This document shows positions 1 to 12,060 of a stretch of DNA of 64,000 nucleotides, in pieces. A model generated the notes under the pieces. The model saw only the letters and a program-made list of their open reading frames with translations. It was not told the origin of the DNA and searched no databases. The translations under genes were made by a program, and so were the position numbers. The DNA is from Lama glama (lineage: Eukaryota). The stretch lies in NCBI GenBank assembly GCA_028534125.1, contig CM052817.1, forward strand, positions 49,540,001 to 49,604,000. Reading direction: 5' to 3'. Numbering within the stretch: the stretch's first letter is position 1; every line of letters begins with the position of its first letter.

Positions 1-9
1 TACTCTTCC

Positions 10-130
10 ACTTGATCCTCACAATAATCCTTTGAACTTGAGAGAGCAGGTTTTACTACTATCCCTAGTCTCACACGCAGGAAACTGAGGTTCAGGCAAA
101 TCAAGTGATTTGCTTGATATCACAGGATTT
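10..130 (-). mobile_element. MIR SINE fragment
   Basis: MIR core 'gatcctcacaataatcct...ggaaactgaggttcagg...aagtgatttgc...atcacag'. Confidence 0.6.
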
Positions 131-1077
131 AAATCACATAGCTGAACACAAACCCACATTTTAATACTTAAAGTGTATTATTCTACTTTATCATGATTTT
201 TGTTTTATTCCTCTGAAATATATCACCCTATACAATAATGTCATATGGATACATTTTGCTTGATTCAGAGACAATTCAAGTTTTCTTTCAACCTAGCTTC
301 TCCTTTGTTTCTCCATAATCATCTTAATTTCAAATTTCAAAACTTGTCCTTCATGAGTGTAGTAGACACTCAGACTCTTGCTTGGCATGTCTATCCATGA
401 ACTCTCCATAGTCTGAATCCTTCTAGCCTCTTCTTGTCTCTGCTCATTAAAAAATAACATTCTTCACATCATTTCCTTAAGGATAGTACTGAGTTTTCCG
501 TATCAAGCCCCGGTGAAGAAGTTCTGTCAATATGTTAGTGGGGACCAGTAGCCTAATTAGTTAACCTTCCAAAATATAGTTTGCATTTTAATAGATCCCT
601 TTTTCTGGAGAAACAATGACTTAGTGGAAAGGAGTAATGCAAAAGAGAGAACTACAGGCATCCTGGCTTGAGTAGGAGGTGTGTGGAATGATAAGCCACC
701 CCTGAATTTCTCTACATGTTCAACCATCTGTCATTTCAGATATAAGACTAGACAAGCTTGTATTACCTAAAGTTAAATTAGTTGAACCAGGCTTCTTGTG
801 AAGTAAAAATGGACATTCAAACTTGCAAAGGTTGTTTGAAATCATTTTGAAAGATGAACCCGTTTGCTCTAGGATTTTGGCTTAGGAGCTAATACAATCT
901 TTGTTAATACAGTAACTTGAGTTGGATGACAGCTAGAGGAATATCTCATTCAAGTGGCAGTAAACTAATTGCCCTAACTGAGTACATCTATTGAAATTTA
1001 ATTTTGAGATAAAGATACAGAGGGGCTTGAAGCCATTTCCTGTTTTAAAATTTTCTGAATATTTCTTTATTTCACAG

Positions 1078-1193
1078 GAAAGATTTACTATTACCAAGGT
1101 AATTTTCATATTTCTGGAGTCACATATAATGACAGTTGTGAAAAAGCAGTTTCAGAAGCCAGCACAAATCTGAGCAAAGATATTGAGACTAAA
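1078..1193 (+). CDS. TMPRSS11B: TMPRSS11B exon 3 (SEA start: [39 protein letters not shown])
   Basis: ttcacag acceptor, gtaagt donor, 116 nt. Confidence 0.9.
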
Positions 1194-4100
1194 GTAAGTA
1201 AGAGATCTTTTTTATTAACTTTATTATAAATTTGATTGAAATATATATCATGGCTTTTTTTGGTTTTTTCTCTTGACAGATATCTACCGCATTTCAGAAT
1301 TCTAGGGTATACAAAGAATATATCAACTCTCAGGTCATGAAACTTCTGTAAGTATAAATTCATTCAAGATTATATGGAACAAGAAGTAGGTAATATGTCA
1401 CATTAGTCCTGGTTTTAAGTAACAACAGTGATGAAAAACAGAAAGAGAGAGGGAGAGAGAGAAAGAGAGAAGGAGAGAAGGAAGAGAGGGAGGGAGGGAA
1501 GGAAGAAGGAAGGAAGGGAAGGAAAGGAAGGGAAGGGAAAAAAGGAAGGAAGGAAGGAAGGAAGGAAGGAAGGAAGGACGGACTCCCCATAAATTAAAAT
1601 ATCACTGTATCTAACAAATTTCTGTTCAGGGTAGGAAGTGTTCTGTACAAATCTGTAATCTCTGTACTTGAAGGGGAATTGTAAGGTTGTTGGTGGCAGT
1701 CAGTTCTAACTGACTTCTATGATAAAAGATAATTTAAACGACAATTGTAACTCTACAGAAAATAAAGATTGTCTTGCTATTCATCTACTAGCCACCTCTT
1801 TTCCCATTCATACTCATCTGGCCATATCTTTCTTAAAATAATCCTCTTTCGGTCTCTTTAATAATCACCATCACTGTAATGACTGTGGAGAAAAGTGAAT
1901 CTTTACGGTAACATTTGTCTAAATATGTATTGTAAGTGTGCTTGACAGTGGTAATGGTGGTGGTGAGAGATGCGGGGAGGCAGGTATCACAGAGCATAGG
2001 GGATAAGTGATTAAGGGAGAGAGCATTTGTAATTTAGCAACTGTCAGTATCTATTCTGGAGAAGTCTGAATTCCTTAAAACTAAAAAAAAAATCCAGCTA
2101 GACAACCAACCAACCTACTTACCTCCAGACAGACAAAAACCTTTGAAGGCCCTTCAATTGATCATAATTATTTGAAAATAGAGCTGTGGTTTCTTAAAAA
2201 TTGTGATTAATATAGCTTTTGCTTTGACAGTCTTCCAAAATGAATTAATTGTCTCTCCTGATCAATAAAAATAATGTACTGAATATACAGATAACGGAGA
2301 TATTCTTCATGCTTAGAATTATCTTTCTGAGCCTTCTCATTGTATAGATCCATTGGGGTGGACACGTGTAAGAAACTACGGGAAGAAGCTTAGTTCTGGC
2401 TCTTGAATATATGCTAGAATTTATCTTTTGAATGCTTCCCAGCCCTGCATTTAAGTTCTTATTTATCTCTTCCTCTAAAATTAAGAAAACATCTGTACAA
2501 AACACTATTTTTTTTACTGTATTATAATGAAATTTCAAGCCAATTATCTGTTGGCCAGTAGTCAGTTTCTCATACATGTTTGAAATATTCTGATTTCTAA
2601 CGTTCACATCCTCTTTCATGAACAATACCTCTAAACCAATTAGAAGATTTTTAAGGATCCTTGAACTTTATATATACTGGGACAATATCTGTGTATTGTT
2701 TTTTAATATATGTAAAGGCAATATAATAATTACAATGTGGGAAATTCAGTATGTTCATAAGACATCTAAAAAATCAGGAAGTAGCACATGAGAACATTTC
2801 TGTTTTGTCCAGTCCTAACCCCAGTGGTTCCAGTGTACAGTTACAGCTGACATTCAAATTTCCTCCAGCAAAGAAGAATAGCATGAAGCCTGAAATAGAA
2901 GCCATCTTACATCAGATATTGAAAGACAACATGGCATCCTGGAATGCAGTTCCCACCTCCCTTAAATTTATAGGTATTTTAACTATTTTAATTATTTTCT
3001 ACTACTTAAGTATCTAGACTATTAAAAAAAAAAGCACCAGAAAAAATGAACAAGAGTTTCAAGAATTTACTTAGGAAAAAATAGTCTTTCCAAACTCTGG
3101 CACTCCTACCATTGAGTTGGTAGTGGAAAGGGTAGTGCTATGGAATCTTTGTCTGAACAGTGATAGGAAGGAGTGTTGAACCACAGATATGCTTGTGAGT
3201 TTGGGAGGGTTGGGTATTATGGATGGAAAAGGGGGTGAAAGGTAGTAATTGAAGCATTATTCTCCCTACCTTCTACTTTTGTCAGGATCTCATTATAGGA
3301 AACAGACTTAAGTGTTTTCTTGATCATTGAGCTGAAGATTGTAGGAGTAAGTGTGAAATTGAGGACAGAGAGCTCTTATTGATTCTTGTAGAAGAATGGA
3401 AGTAATCCTACTAAAGAAAAACTTGTCTGAAATAATTCCCCAGAAAACAAGAGAAGAAAATGACAGAATTTTGTCTCAGTGCAGAAAGTAACGTTTGTAA
3501 GCATCTTGAAGGTCCTGCATTTGTCCTGAAACTCTAACTTGGATTGTTAAAAGGTCTATTTAGGTGGTCTAAGCTTGTGGTTCCAGAGCCCAGTTTTGTG
3601 GTTCTTCCAGACTGACAATTGATCCTAGTGTCCTTGAAAGCTATAATGGCTGCCAGCTGCCAGTCACAGGTACTTTGCCTCAGAACACAGACCCTGTCAC
3701 CAATGGGCCACTCATGACAAGTGAGTCTGAGGCAGAGCTTCTGAAAGAAGCAATACAATTCCTTTGTGAGTAGTTGTTGGGAAAGAAGACTGCACCAGTT
3801 ACTGCCCCTCTGTATCCCCGGGATTTAGGAGTTAGCACTTTCTGATGTGTCCTTTTTTAGTTCTCTCTTCTCTTTCTCTCTGAAGTCTCTTCCCAGTGGA
3901 AAAGAGACTTGAATTTAAGTTAAATTCTCAAAATTTCATAAGTCAGTCTTAGTAATGAGATGACTTGCAAAGAGTAGGATAGGCCCATGTAATTTTAGTT
4001 GGATTTTTTTTCCTTTAAAATATAGATAACTCTGAGTATTTCAGAGTAATGAGAATTATCTAAGGGAAAGAAATCCAAAGATTATGCCCCGTGCCTCTTT

Positions 4101-7100
4101 TAGTAAGAGTGTCAGCTTCTTACTTCACTAAATATTTTACTTCAACTATCATAAAACTGAGAGCTTTGCTTTTTTATTTCCTTTTCCTGTACTACCTGGT
4201 AGAGATGTGGAGAGATGGCCAGAATATAACAAGTAAGAGTGAGAGGGGTTGATAAGCAATACACGAACTAGCCTGAATAGTTAAATGTTGGCTGTAGCTA
4301 GGTTAGGAAATCTAGTCCTTGGGTTGAAGAGAACTGCATGGTGATATTTTATCAACTTTATTTTTTTTTAATTTCAGAAATCAGCGAGGCTCATGCTGAA
4401 ATGCTTACAAACAACTGTAAGTTTAGAAACTTTATTATAAATTTAATACACTCACAAACAGTTTTCTATCATTCTTCTAAAAAGTATCTAGAAGCACCTC
4501 AGGTGGAAATCTATAGTAGTTTTTCAAAATTATTGGATATACTAGATATTTATTGGGAATTCCTTTTTAAAAAACACTGACCATTTGTAAGTGGTTGTCC
4601 AAAAGGGTGAAATGACAACTGTTTGCAAAGAATGGAATCATGAAAAATATCATGTTTGAATTAGTTAATATATAAAAAAAAGTGAAGGAAAAAGGACAAC
4701 TTAGGATAATAAGAAAATGCAAAACTAGGCTATAGAAAAATACGTCTATAATAAGGTAAAAAACAGTTCTGTACCTTTTAAACAAATTCTCTTTAAAGTA
4801 TCATGGGGCCCACAACATGGTACATCCATGCATTCATTCAATCAGTGGATATTTCTGGAATATCTATTATCCACATGGGGCTTTACAGACAGCACTGTGC
4901 ATGCTATGCAACATACAGACATTAATGAAGCAAAGTTTCTACCTTCAAGAACTTTGCAATCTATTTGGGGAGAGTAAAATTGTAAGACAGATACAACATA
5001 AGTCAGTAGGTGAAAGACGTTTAAGACTGAAAAAGAGGAAAAGTAAACATCACCCAAACGAGGATGGAGTGGACTTCCATGATATGAATACATTACAGGA
5101 AAGAAACAGCATTGTTAGGAGGTGCTGGACAATCACTGAAGGGTTTCAAGTAATGTTTTAAAAATACTTCTTATAAAGCATAATCACAGATACCTGCTCT
5201 TGTATAAATAAATCTTTTCTTTAGGTTGTGGGAGACAACTGTCCAACAGTATTACATCTGGCAATCGAATTGTGAATGGGAAAAAAGCCGTGGGTGGGGC
5301 CTGGCCGTGGCAGGCAAGCATGCAATGGAAGGGCCAGCACTACTGTGGTGCCTCTCTGATCAGCAGCAGGTGGCTCCTATCTGCAGCTCACTGCTTTGCT
5401 AAGTAAGTTTGAAAGTTTCACTAAATGTAGGATTCTAGGTGCAGGCCTATTTGGGATAGTCTGTGGGGGTTAACTTGAATGTGTGAAGTTTGCCAAGCCA
5501 TATGAAATTTACAAACACTTGTATAATTGAAGGGCAGCAAAGAAATTTAAATTTGGAAGGGGGGAAAAGTAAATGGAAGCAAATTAACATTTTCTAAAAA
5601 GCTGCTTTGGCCCGATGTTAAGTAAGCTTTACTTACATCATTTTATTTAATCATAATAGTAATTCCATATGGAAGGTATAATTTAACCTATTTAAAGATG
5701 AGGAAATCTAGGGTTTAGAAATGGTGATGTAACTTGACCAAGATCATACAGCTCTTAAATAACAGAAATTGAATGTGAATGCAGGTATGTCTGACTCCAG
5801 TTACAAGGTGCTTATTTGTCTTGTCCTCTGGGGGGTTACAATCTATTTTAAGAAATTTAAATGTGATGTATTAAAAGTAGAAGGCGGCATGGTGTATGTA
5901 CAACACAGGTACTAAGTTTGATGGAAACCTGATGACAAGAGAGAACATATCTAGCTGAGGTATGCAGTTGTAAGATTTGATCCAGACTCTAAAGATGAAA
6001 GACTTGATTGATAGGGTGAGTAGATGAGAAAGGATAATAAGCATTTTGAGTTGGGAAAATAGCCTTCTTCAAATGTGTTGACATGAAACAACACAAGTTG
6101 TATTCTGTGGACAGCAAGCAAAGAGAATAATTTGAATCTTAGAGGATTTGTAAAAGGAAACATTAGAAAATATGCTTAGAAAATGTAGTTATATCTGGGA
6201 TCGGGAATACTTCTAAATGACAAGATGCTAACTTACTGGAAAAACACAGCTATTGAGTATGTGGAGTCACTGAAGATTTTAAAATGGGAGAAAGATTGAA
6301 CAGTGTCACAGTTATAGGAAGGTCTTGAAACCCTTAAAAAAAAAAACACCAAAAAACCGGCCAATACGTGACATTTGAGGAAGGTAAAAATGGTTAGATA
6401 AGATATTAGGTCCTAACTGAGAAAGAATCTCAGGGGAACTGGAGAAACTGGTCAGAAAATCTAAATTAGAAGCCAAGAGGCATTGACTTGGTAAATATAA
6501 TGTGACTGTGTTAAAATAATTTGCAATTTTAAAATTTATGGACGTGCCTGGAGACTGCCACAGGTTCTAAGAGTGCAGGGTGTATGGTAGGAAAGAACAG
6601 TGATTCTGGATCCCTTCCATTGGGGCTGCTCATGTGAGCCCTACCCAACTCAAATGCTCAGAAACTGGACGGGGCTGAAGCAGCAGAAAACATCAGTGAC
6701 TCTGGTCAGGAGGATTTGTAGAAAGCTAACAGCTCTAATAGTCCTTAGCACTATTTTTATGTGACTGCAGCATTTATAACATCCCCACATCAAAGACAAT
6801 TTTTAAAAATAAGAATTTAAGTGCTTTATAAGTATTGTTTAGGAAACTCGTATCTTAAAATTATAAGATAATAACCTCTGTGAACACCCCAAACTGAGTG
6901 AATTTTAATTGAATTGTGTCCTCCAGGAAAAATAATTCAGAAGACTGGACTGTCAACTTTGGAACTGTAGTAAATAAACCATATATGACAAGGAAAGTCC
7001 AAAATATTATTCTTCATGAAAATTATAGCAAGGCTGGGGTTCACGATGATATTGCCCTTGTGCAGCTTGCTGAAGAAGTCTCTTCTACGAAATACGTTCG

Positions 7101-8478
7101 TACGATTTGTCTTCCTGAAGCCAAAATGAAGCTCTCAGAAAATGACAGCGTTGTAGTTACAGGATGGGGAACACTTTATATGAATGGTGAGTTTTTCTGT
7201 AAATATGTAATACTTTACAGGAATAATATTTAATCAATCCGTCAATCACTTTCTCACACAATTAACCAATCAGTAAATATACTGAAAAGAAAACAAAGTG
7301 ATGGGACCAAAAGCATGGTATTGTTTTCAATTTCTGAAATATCTCTGAGAATGAGAATTGGAAAAATTGGAATAATGTATGAGGCAGCCAGATAATAAAC
7401 ATCAGAAAGAAACCAGTCTAGTCAGGGACTGGCTGGCTCTTGGTGACCAAAGAATCAGCTTTATTCCACAGAAGCTCTTTGTATCAACAAACAAGGTTAA
7501 GATCTCTATAATGTGCAGAATTTATTGCCTTTAGGTCCTCTTCCAGTAATACTTCGGCAGGCCTTTCTGAAGATTATTGATAACAAAGTTTGCAATGCTC
7601 CACATGCGTTATCTGGCTTGGTGACTGATACAATGCTGTGTGCTGGATTTATGTCAGGAGAAGCTGATGCCTGTCAGGTACCTCAAGAAATATTATCAAA
7701 TCATTTTTTCCCAAAGTACTAATTCAGTGGTAGTTTTTATCACCACACAAAAATATTTTTATCTTAAGGATTTTCACAGAGTAACTTCTTATTTCAATCC
7801 AGAAAGCAAATATTTATTACTCTCATTAATGTACCAGATACCAGCGTAGATGCTGAGGATGCAGTGGTGAACACCATGCCTGCCCTCATGAAGTTTTCAG
7901 TCTAGGAATCCATACTTACAAGGTGATAAAATAAGTTTGGCTCTATTTTCTGGGCACCCTGCCGACAAGAATGCTGTCTTTTCCTTATGGAGAGATGAAG
8001 CAGGACGTTTAGCACGTGCACGTGACATCCGTTCTTCAGAGGCTTCCTCATGGAGCAGCTGAGGCACTTTCTCCACAGTTAAGGCTGGACTCATTAACAA
8101 AATCAAATCCCAGTCTTTCCAGTCCAATATTTAGCTGTTGTAGGCAATGTATTCTGGTTGGTAGTTGCCCTGGGTTTTGAAGAAACCCAAGAGTTCAACA
8201 GTTCTAAGCCCAAAGAGGGTGGATGTTTGCAACGCCCAGGGCATTGCAACTCCAGAGGAGAGGTAAAAGGAAATTCTTCGACAAGACAAGAAACATTTTT
8301 CCCCCTTTTCTTCTAGAATGATTCTGGTGGACCACTAGCTTACCCCAACTCTAGGAATATATGGCACCTTGTTGGAATAGTAAGCTGGGGTGAAGGATGT
8401 GGTAAAAAGAATAAACCAGGTGTCTACACTCGGGTGACTGCTTATCGTGACTGGATTACCTCCAAGACTGGACTCTGA
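1078..8478 (+). CDS. TMPRSS11B: Transmembrane protease serine 11B (HAT-like 5), 5'-partial: coding exons 3-10, exons 1-2 lie upstream of the window
   Basis: Eight GT-AG exons join in frame without stops: 1078-1193, 1280-1347, 2813-2973, 4378-4416, 5225-5402, 6927-7186, 7535-7677, 8317-8478(TGA). They encode a SEA domain, activation site R|IVNG, triad motifs AAHC, DIAL and DSGG, and S1 Asp (ADACQ). Peptides [38 protein letters not shown] and [11 protein letters not shown] match human TMPRSS11B as recalled. Confidence 0.93.
1280..1347 (+). CDS. TMPRSS11B: TMPRSS11B exon 4 ([23 protein letters not shown])
   Basis: ttgacag acceptor, gtaagt donor, 68 nt. Confidence 0.9.
1441..1578 (+). repeat. 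Purine-only (GA)n/(GGAA)n microsatellite in TMPRSS11B intron 4
   Basis: About 135 nt of purely G/A sequence ending in GGAA units. Confidence 0.9.
2813..2973 (+). CDS. TMPRSS11B: TMPRSS11B exon 5 ([18 protein letters not shown]...[11 protein letters not shown])
   Basis: tgtccag acceptor, gtattt donor, 161 nt; lies within ORF 2751..3017. Confidence 0.9.
4378..4416 (+). CDS. TMPRSS11B: TMPRSS11B exon 6 ([14 protein letters not shown])
   Basis: atttcag acceptor, gtaagt donor, 39 nt. Confidence 0.88.
5225..5402 (+). CDS. TMPRSS11B: TMPRSS11B exon 7 (activation site R|IVNG and catalytic His, LSAAHCF)
   Basis: tttag acceptor, gtaagt donor, 178 nt. Confidence 0.92.
6927..7186 (+). CDS. TMPRSS11B: TMPRSS11B exon 8 (catalytic Asp, HDDIALVQL)
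   Basis: ctccag acceptor, gtgagt donor, 260 nt; lies within ORF 6916..7233. Confidence 0.92.
7535..7677 (+). CDS. TMPRSS11B: TMPRSS11B exon 9 ([15 protein letters not shown])
   Basis: ctttag acceptor, cag|gtacct donor, 143 nt. Confidence 0.92.
8317..8478 (+). CDS. TMPRSS11B: TMPRSS11B exon 10 (catalytic Ser NDSGGP ... WITSKTGL*)
   Basis: ttctag acceptor, TGA at 8476-8478, 162 nt. Confidence 0.92.
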   Translation, partial: NDSGGPLAYPNSRNIWHLVGIVSWGEGCGKKNKPGVYTRVTAYRDWITSKTGL

Positions 8479-8815
8479 AAGAAATGTAACCTTGGAATGG
8501 AACATAAAGACAACTACAGGATATTCTTATCTATTGTTTCAAAATCTTTTTTGATTGTTGGTATACTAATCATTTTCTTATATAAAAATGCATAAATATC
8601 TTGATTAATGTTTTATCTAAAGCACTATCCATTTATTTATTGATCTATTTAACTAATTTAGGAAACAGGAAGAAAAAAAGAAAGGATGACCGTAATATTT
8701 TTATTAATAGCCTAGTTCTGATGTATCTTACCATTATATTCAGAATAGACCTTTATTTTTTAGAATTAAAGAAATACATATTTTGTTAGTATGAGAACAT
8801 ATGCCAGATTTACCA

Positions 8816-8821
8816 AATAAA
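8816..8821 (+). terminator. Candidate poly(A) signal of TMPRSS11B
   Basis: First AATAAA I see after the stop codon (about 340 nt downstream), followed by T-rich sequence. Confidence 0.45.
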
Positions 8822-9719
8822 TTATTTTTCATTCTATATATTATAAATGCATTTTGTTAAAACAAAATACATAAGACAAATAATGTATATTCACTTTTTA
8901 TTTCAATGTGAGATAGTTTGTGTACCTTGTAAAATCATATGATCTTGGAATGGAGAGGAATGTCAGAGGTTCAGCTAGACCAAGTGTCTCAATATAGAGA
9001 TCGAGAAACTAAGAAGAAAAATTATTTCCTTAAAGTCATTCTTCAGTCTCTCTGACAAGTTGCAACCCTCATGTGAATTTTCCCTCGTAGAATTCAAATC
9101 CAAAATTAGTCAGGAATTTTAAAATGATTTTTAAGTTGCAATTATTTTATAATATTTCTTCATGTCCTTCTTTTGTCATTTGTTTGTATTCCTTTGCAGC
9201 AAGAATAATGAGAGGTCCTTGAGGGCAGAGGACTGTATGGCATCTATAGCTCTCCTCACAGTGCATATGCAGTGGTGTGGAGGACAGACTCTGTAATCTC
9301 TGCAAATAATTCACCTTTTGTAATTTCCTACAATTAAAAAGTAGCTTAAAAATTTAAAACCAGCTAAAATAAACCTAAAAATTCTCTTTCTTCAATTGTT
9401 TGTGATATTACTCTTCTTTTTTTTATTATAAATTATGACTTATGACGTACATAATGATGTGAAGCCAATCCATAACTAAGTGCGACAAGGTGGTGTTTTT
9501 TCCTCCCCTCTCCTTTCTCAGGCAGGTCACACGTATGTATTGAACACTCAGTGCATTCCAGGAACTGTCAGGTATGGACACAGTATCATCTTCCAAGGAT
9601 GCTGCATTTAGTGGATAAAGACAGGCACAGTAAGCACACACATAAGACAATTTTGGTTTGTGGTGTTAGGAAGGGGAAAAAGGTAATATGATAGAAAAAA
9701 TGGGGAGGTTGAGAAGTAC

Positions 9720-10190
9720 TTGAGATCTGGTAGTATGAACAACTTTTTCAAAAGAGTAGCATTTGAGCTGGACCTAAACAATGAGGAGGCAAAACATAAA
9801 ACATCTGAGAGAAGTCCGAAGAGAACAAGTGTAAAAGCCTCAAAAGAGAAATGAGCAAGGTGGTTGTGTCGCAGAAAAAGGCCCAGTGTGTCTGCCAGTG
9901 TGTCTGAAGCCTGGTGGGTAAGTGAGAGTTGGGTAGGAAAGAATTTGGAAGAGGCAGTTGAGGGCCAACTCAAATAAGGATTTGTAATGACCTAGGATTT
10001 TATTTTAACTGCAGTGGGAGACTCTTGAGTTTTCTGAGCAGAGGAGCAAGTGAGATGATCTAATACATACTCTGAGAAGACTGCTTTAGCTTTGATGACG
10101 AGGGTGGGCTGGAGTTGGCGGTGAAGGCTACACACTGAGAAGCAGGAAGACTAGGTAGAAGGCTGGTGCAATTTTCCTGGAAAGAAATTG
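9720..10190 (-). mobile_element. LINE-2 fragment (approximate ends)
   Basis: L2-like phrases 'gcatttgagctggacct', 'ggattttatttt...gcagtgggag', 'tttctgagcagagg...gatgatct'. Confidence 0.55.
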
Positions 10191-10268
10191 TTTTAAGTTT
10201 GCATTTTTATTTAGTCTTAGGTATAGGCTTAATGGTCCAAAACCCACTGGTAACTCTATTCCATTGAC

Positions 10269-10451
10269 ACATAGCACAGGGAACTATATTCATGTATATC
10301 TTGTAGTAACCTCTAATGAAAAAGAATATGAAAAAGAGTATGTGTATATATGTATGACTGAAACATTATGCTGTACAACAGAAACTGACACAACATTGCA
10401 GACTGATTATACTTCAATTAAAAATATATAATATGGTTCTATTAAAAAAAA
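10269..10451 (+). mobile_element. Short 5'-truncated LINE-1 3' end with target-site duplication
   Basis: L1 3'UTR 'atagcacagggaactatattca...gctgtaca...gacacaacattg' with an A tail. Flanks 10246-10268 and 10452-10474 match at 20/23 bp. Confidence 0.8.
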
Positions 10452-10999
10452 ACTAGTAACTCTATTCTACTGACTGAAACTTTTCTTGCATATCCCACAA
10501 ATATCTTCATGTTCGTCTTACTGAGTCACTATGTTCTTCTTATTGAGCTACTACTACACACTATGGTCAACCATGCCATATACACCTACTGCTTTGCCCC
10601 TTTCACCATTTACCACCTAGCGGGGCAAAACCACAAACTTGCTAACAACCCACTCTCCAACTTTCTAGTGCATGGATCTTAGTTACTGACTGTAGCTAGA
10701 GAAAAATAAACAACATGCTGACTAGTCTCACTTTAAAATTATGATCACAAACATCAAATATGTTCTTAGTACTTCCTGAAAATCCTTCTATACTTTCCTT
10801 GTCAAAACTGGCTCTCATTCTCCTAAATTATTCATTCGCATCTTCTCTCCTCTCCTTGATGCCAACAGTTTCTTTTCACATTCAACTGATAAATTTTGCT
10901 CATTATTTCACCAAGAAAACAGAAGGAATCAGGTGAGAGTTTCTGTTAGTGCTTACTATAAAAATTTGTTAAACTACTTCCTTCTTGAAAGGTAGTATC

Positions 11000-11230
11000 G
11001 GTAAGTGAACTCAAGTTAAACTACTTGTGTTCAAATCCTAGCTTTGTCACTTACTAGGTGTGTGATCTTGGGCAAATTATTTGACATCACTGTGTCTGTT
11101 TCCTTGATGTAACATGGGGACAAGAATAATATCTACTTCATGGTGTTGTTACGGAGTTTTGAAGGAGTTAACAAATGTACAATGCACTTAAAGCACATAG
11201 CAAATGCAAGATTGGTGTTAGCCACTATTG
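11000..11230 (+). mobile_element. MIR SINE
   Basis: 'gttcaaatcctagctttgtcacttactaggtgtgtgatcttgggcaaattatt...' MIR core. Confidence 0.7.
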
Positions 11231-11239
11231 TCACCTGTC

Positions 11240-12060
11240 TTTCCTTTTGTCACAGTGGATCAACTATTGAATCAACACCACTCTAAGGCCAAACTCCCCA
11301 CTTATGAAAAGACCCTTTTCTCAAGGACTTTGTTCCTATTGCTGTCACCTATCCCTCCTATGTCATAATCTTACCCTTTCTACTGGATCATTTTCATAGA
11401 CACAGTAATTATACAGTATTTCTCAGGTAAGAACAAAGTTTTTTTTTTCAATCCTACATCTTCCTGCCACATTTCTCTGCAAACATGGTTGAAAGTATTG
11501 TCTCCATTTATTTTCCTTCTGATTTCTCTTAAACTCACTCCAGTCAGGATGTTGTTTCAGAAATTCCTCCAAAACCACATTTGTCAAGGTCACCAATAAG
11601 CTCTGTGTTGCCAACTCCAATGCTAAATTCTCAATCCTCTTCTTAAGTAAGAATATCAATAACATTAAAAGCATTTAGTACCGTTGATCATTCTCTATTA
11701 AAACTCTTTACTTGGCTTCCACAAAAAAGCCACTTTTTTGGTCATCTTTCTATGTTAACAGCTATTTCTATTCAGTCTCTTTTGCTGGCTATTCTACATC
11801 TTCCTAAAATCTAAATGTTGGAGTTTCCCAGGACTCAATCCACAGATCTCTACTCTTTTCTACTTACACTCATGCCCTAATGGTCTTCTCCAGCCCAATA
11901 CTCTCAATACCAACTATCTGCTGACAACTCCCAAGCATTTTAACTTTAGCTCTGACTTCTCCCTGCACCTTCAGTGGCAAACATCTAAAATTTCCAATTG
12001 AGGATCTACTATGCAATTTATATTAGTATGTCAAAACAGAATTTTCACCTTTCCTCAGTC
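11240..12060 (+). mobile_element. LINE-2 ORF2 fragment (approximate ends)
   Basis: 'ccaaaaccacatttgtcaaggtcaccaataa', 'ctaaatgttggagtttcccaggactca' and 'tatctgctgacaactccca' are typical L2 RT remnants. Confidence 0.65.

Noticed and set aside
1360..1590. 76-aa PSFL-repeat ORF
   Set aside because: Translation of the antisense of the GGAA microsatellite.
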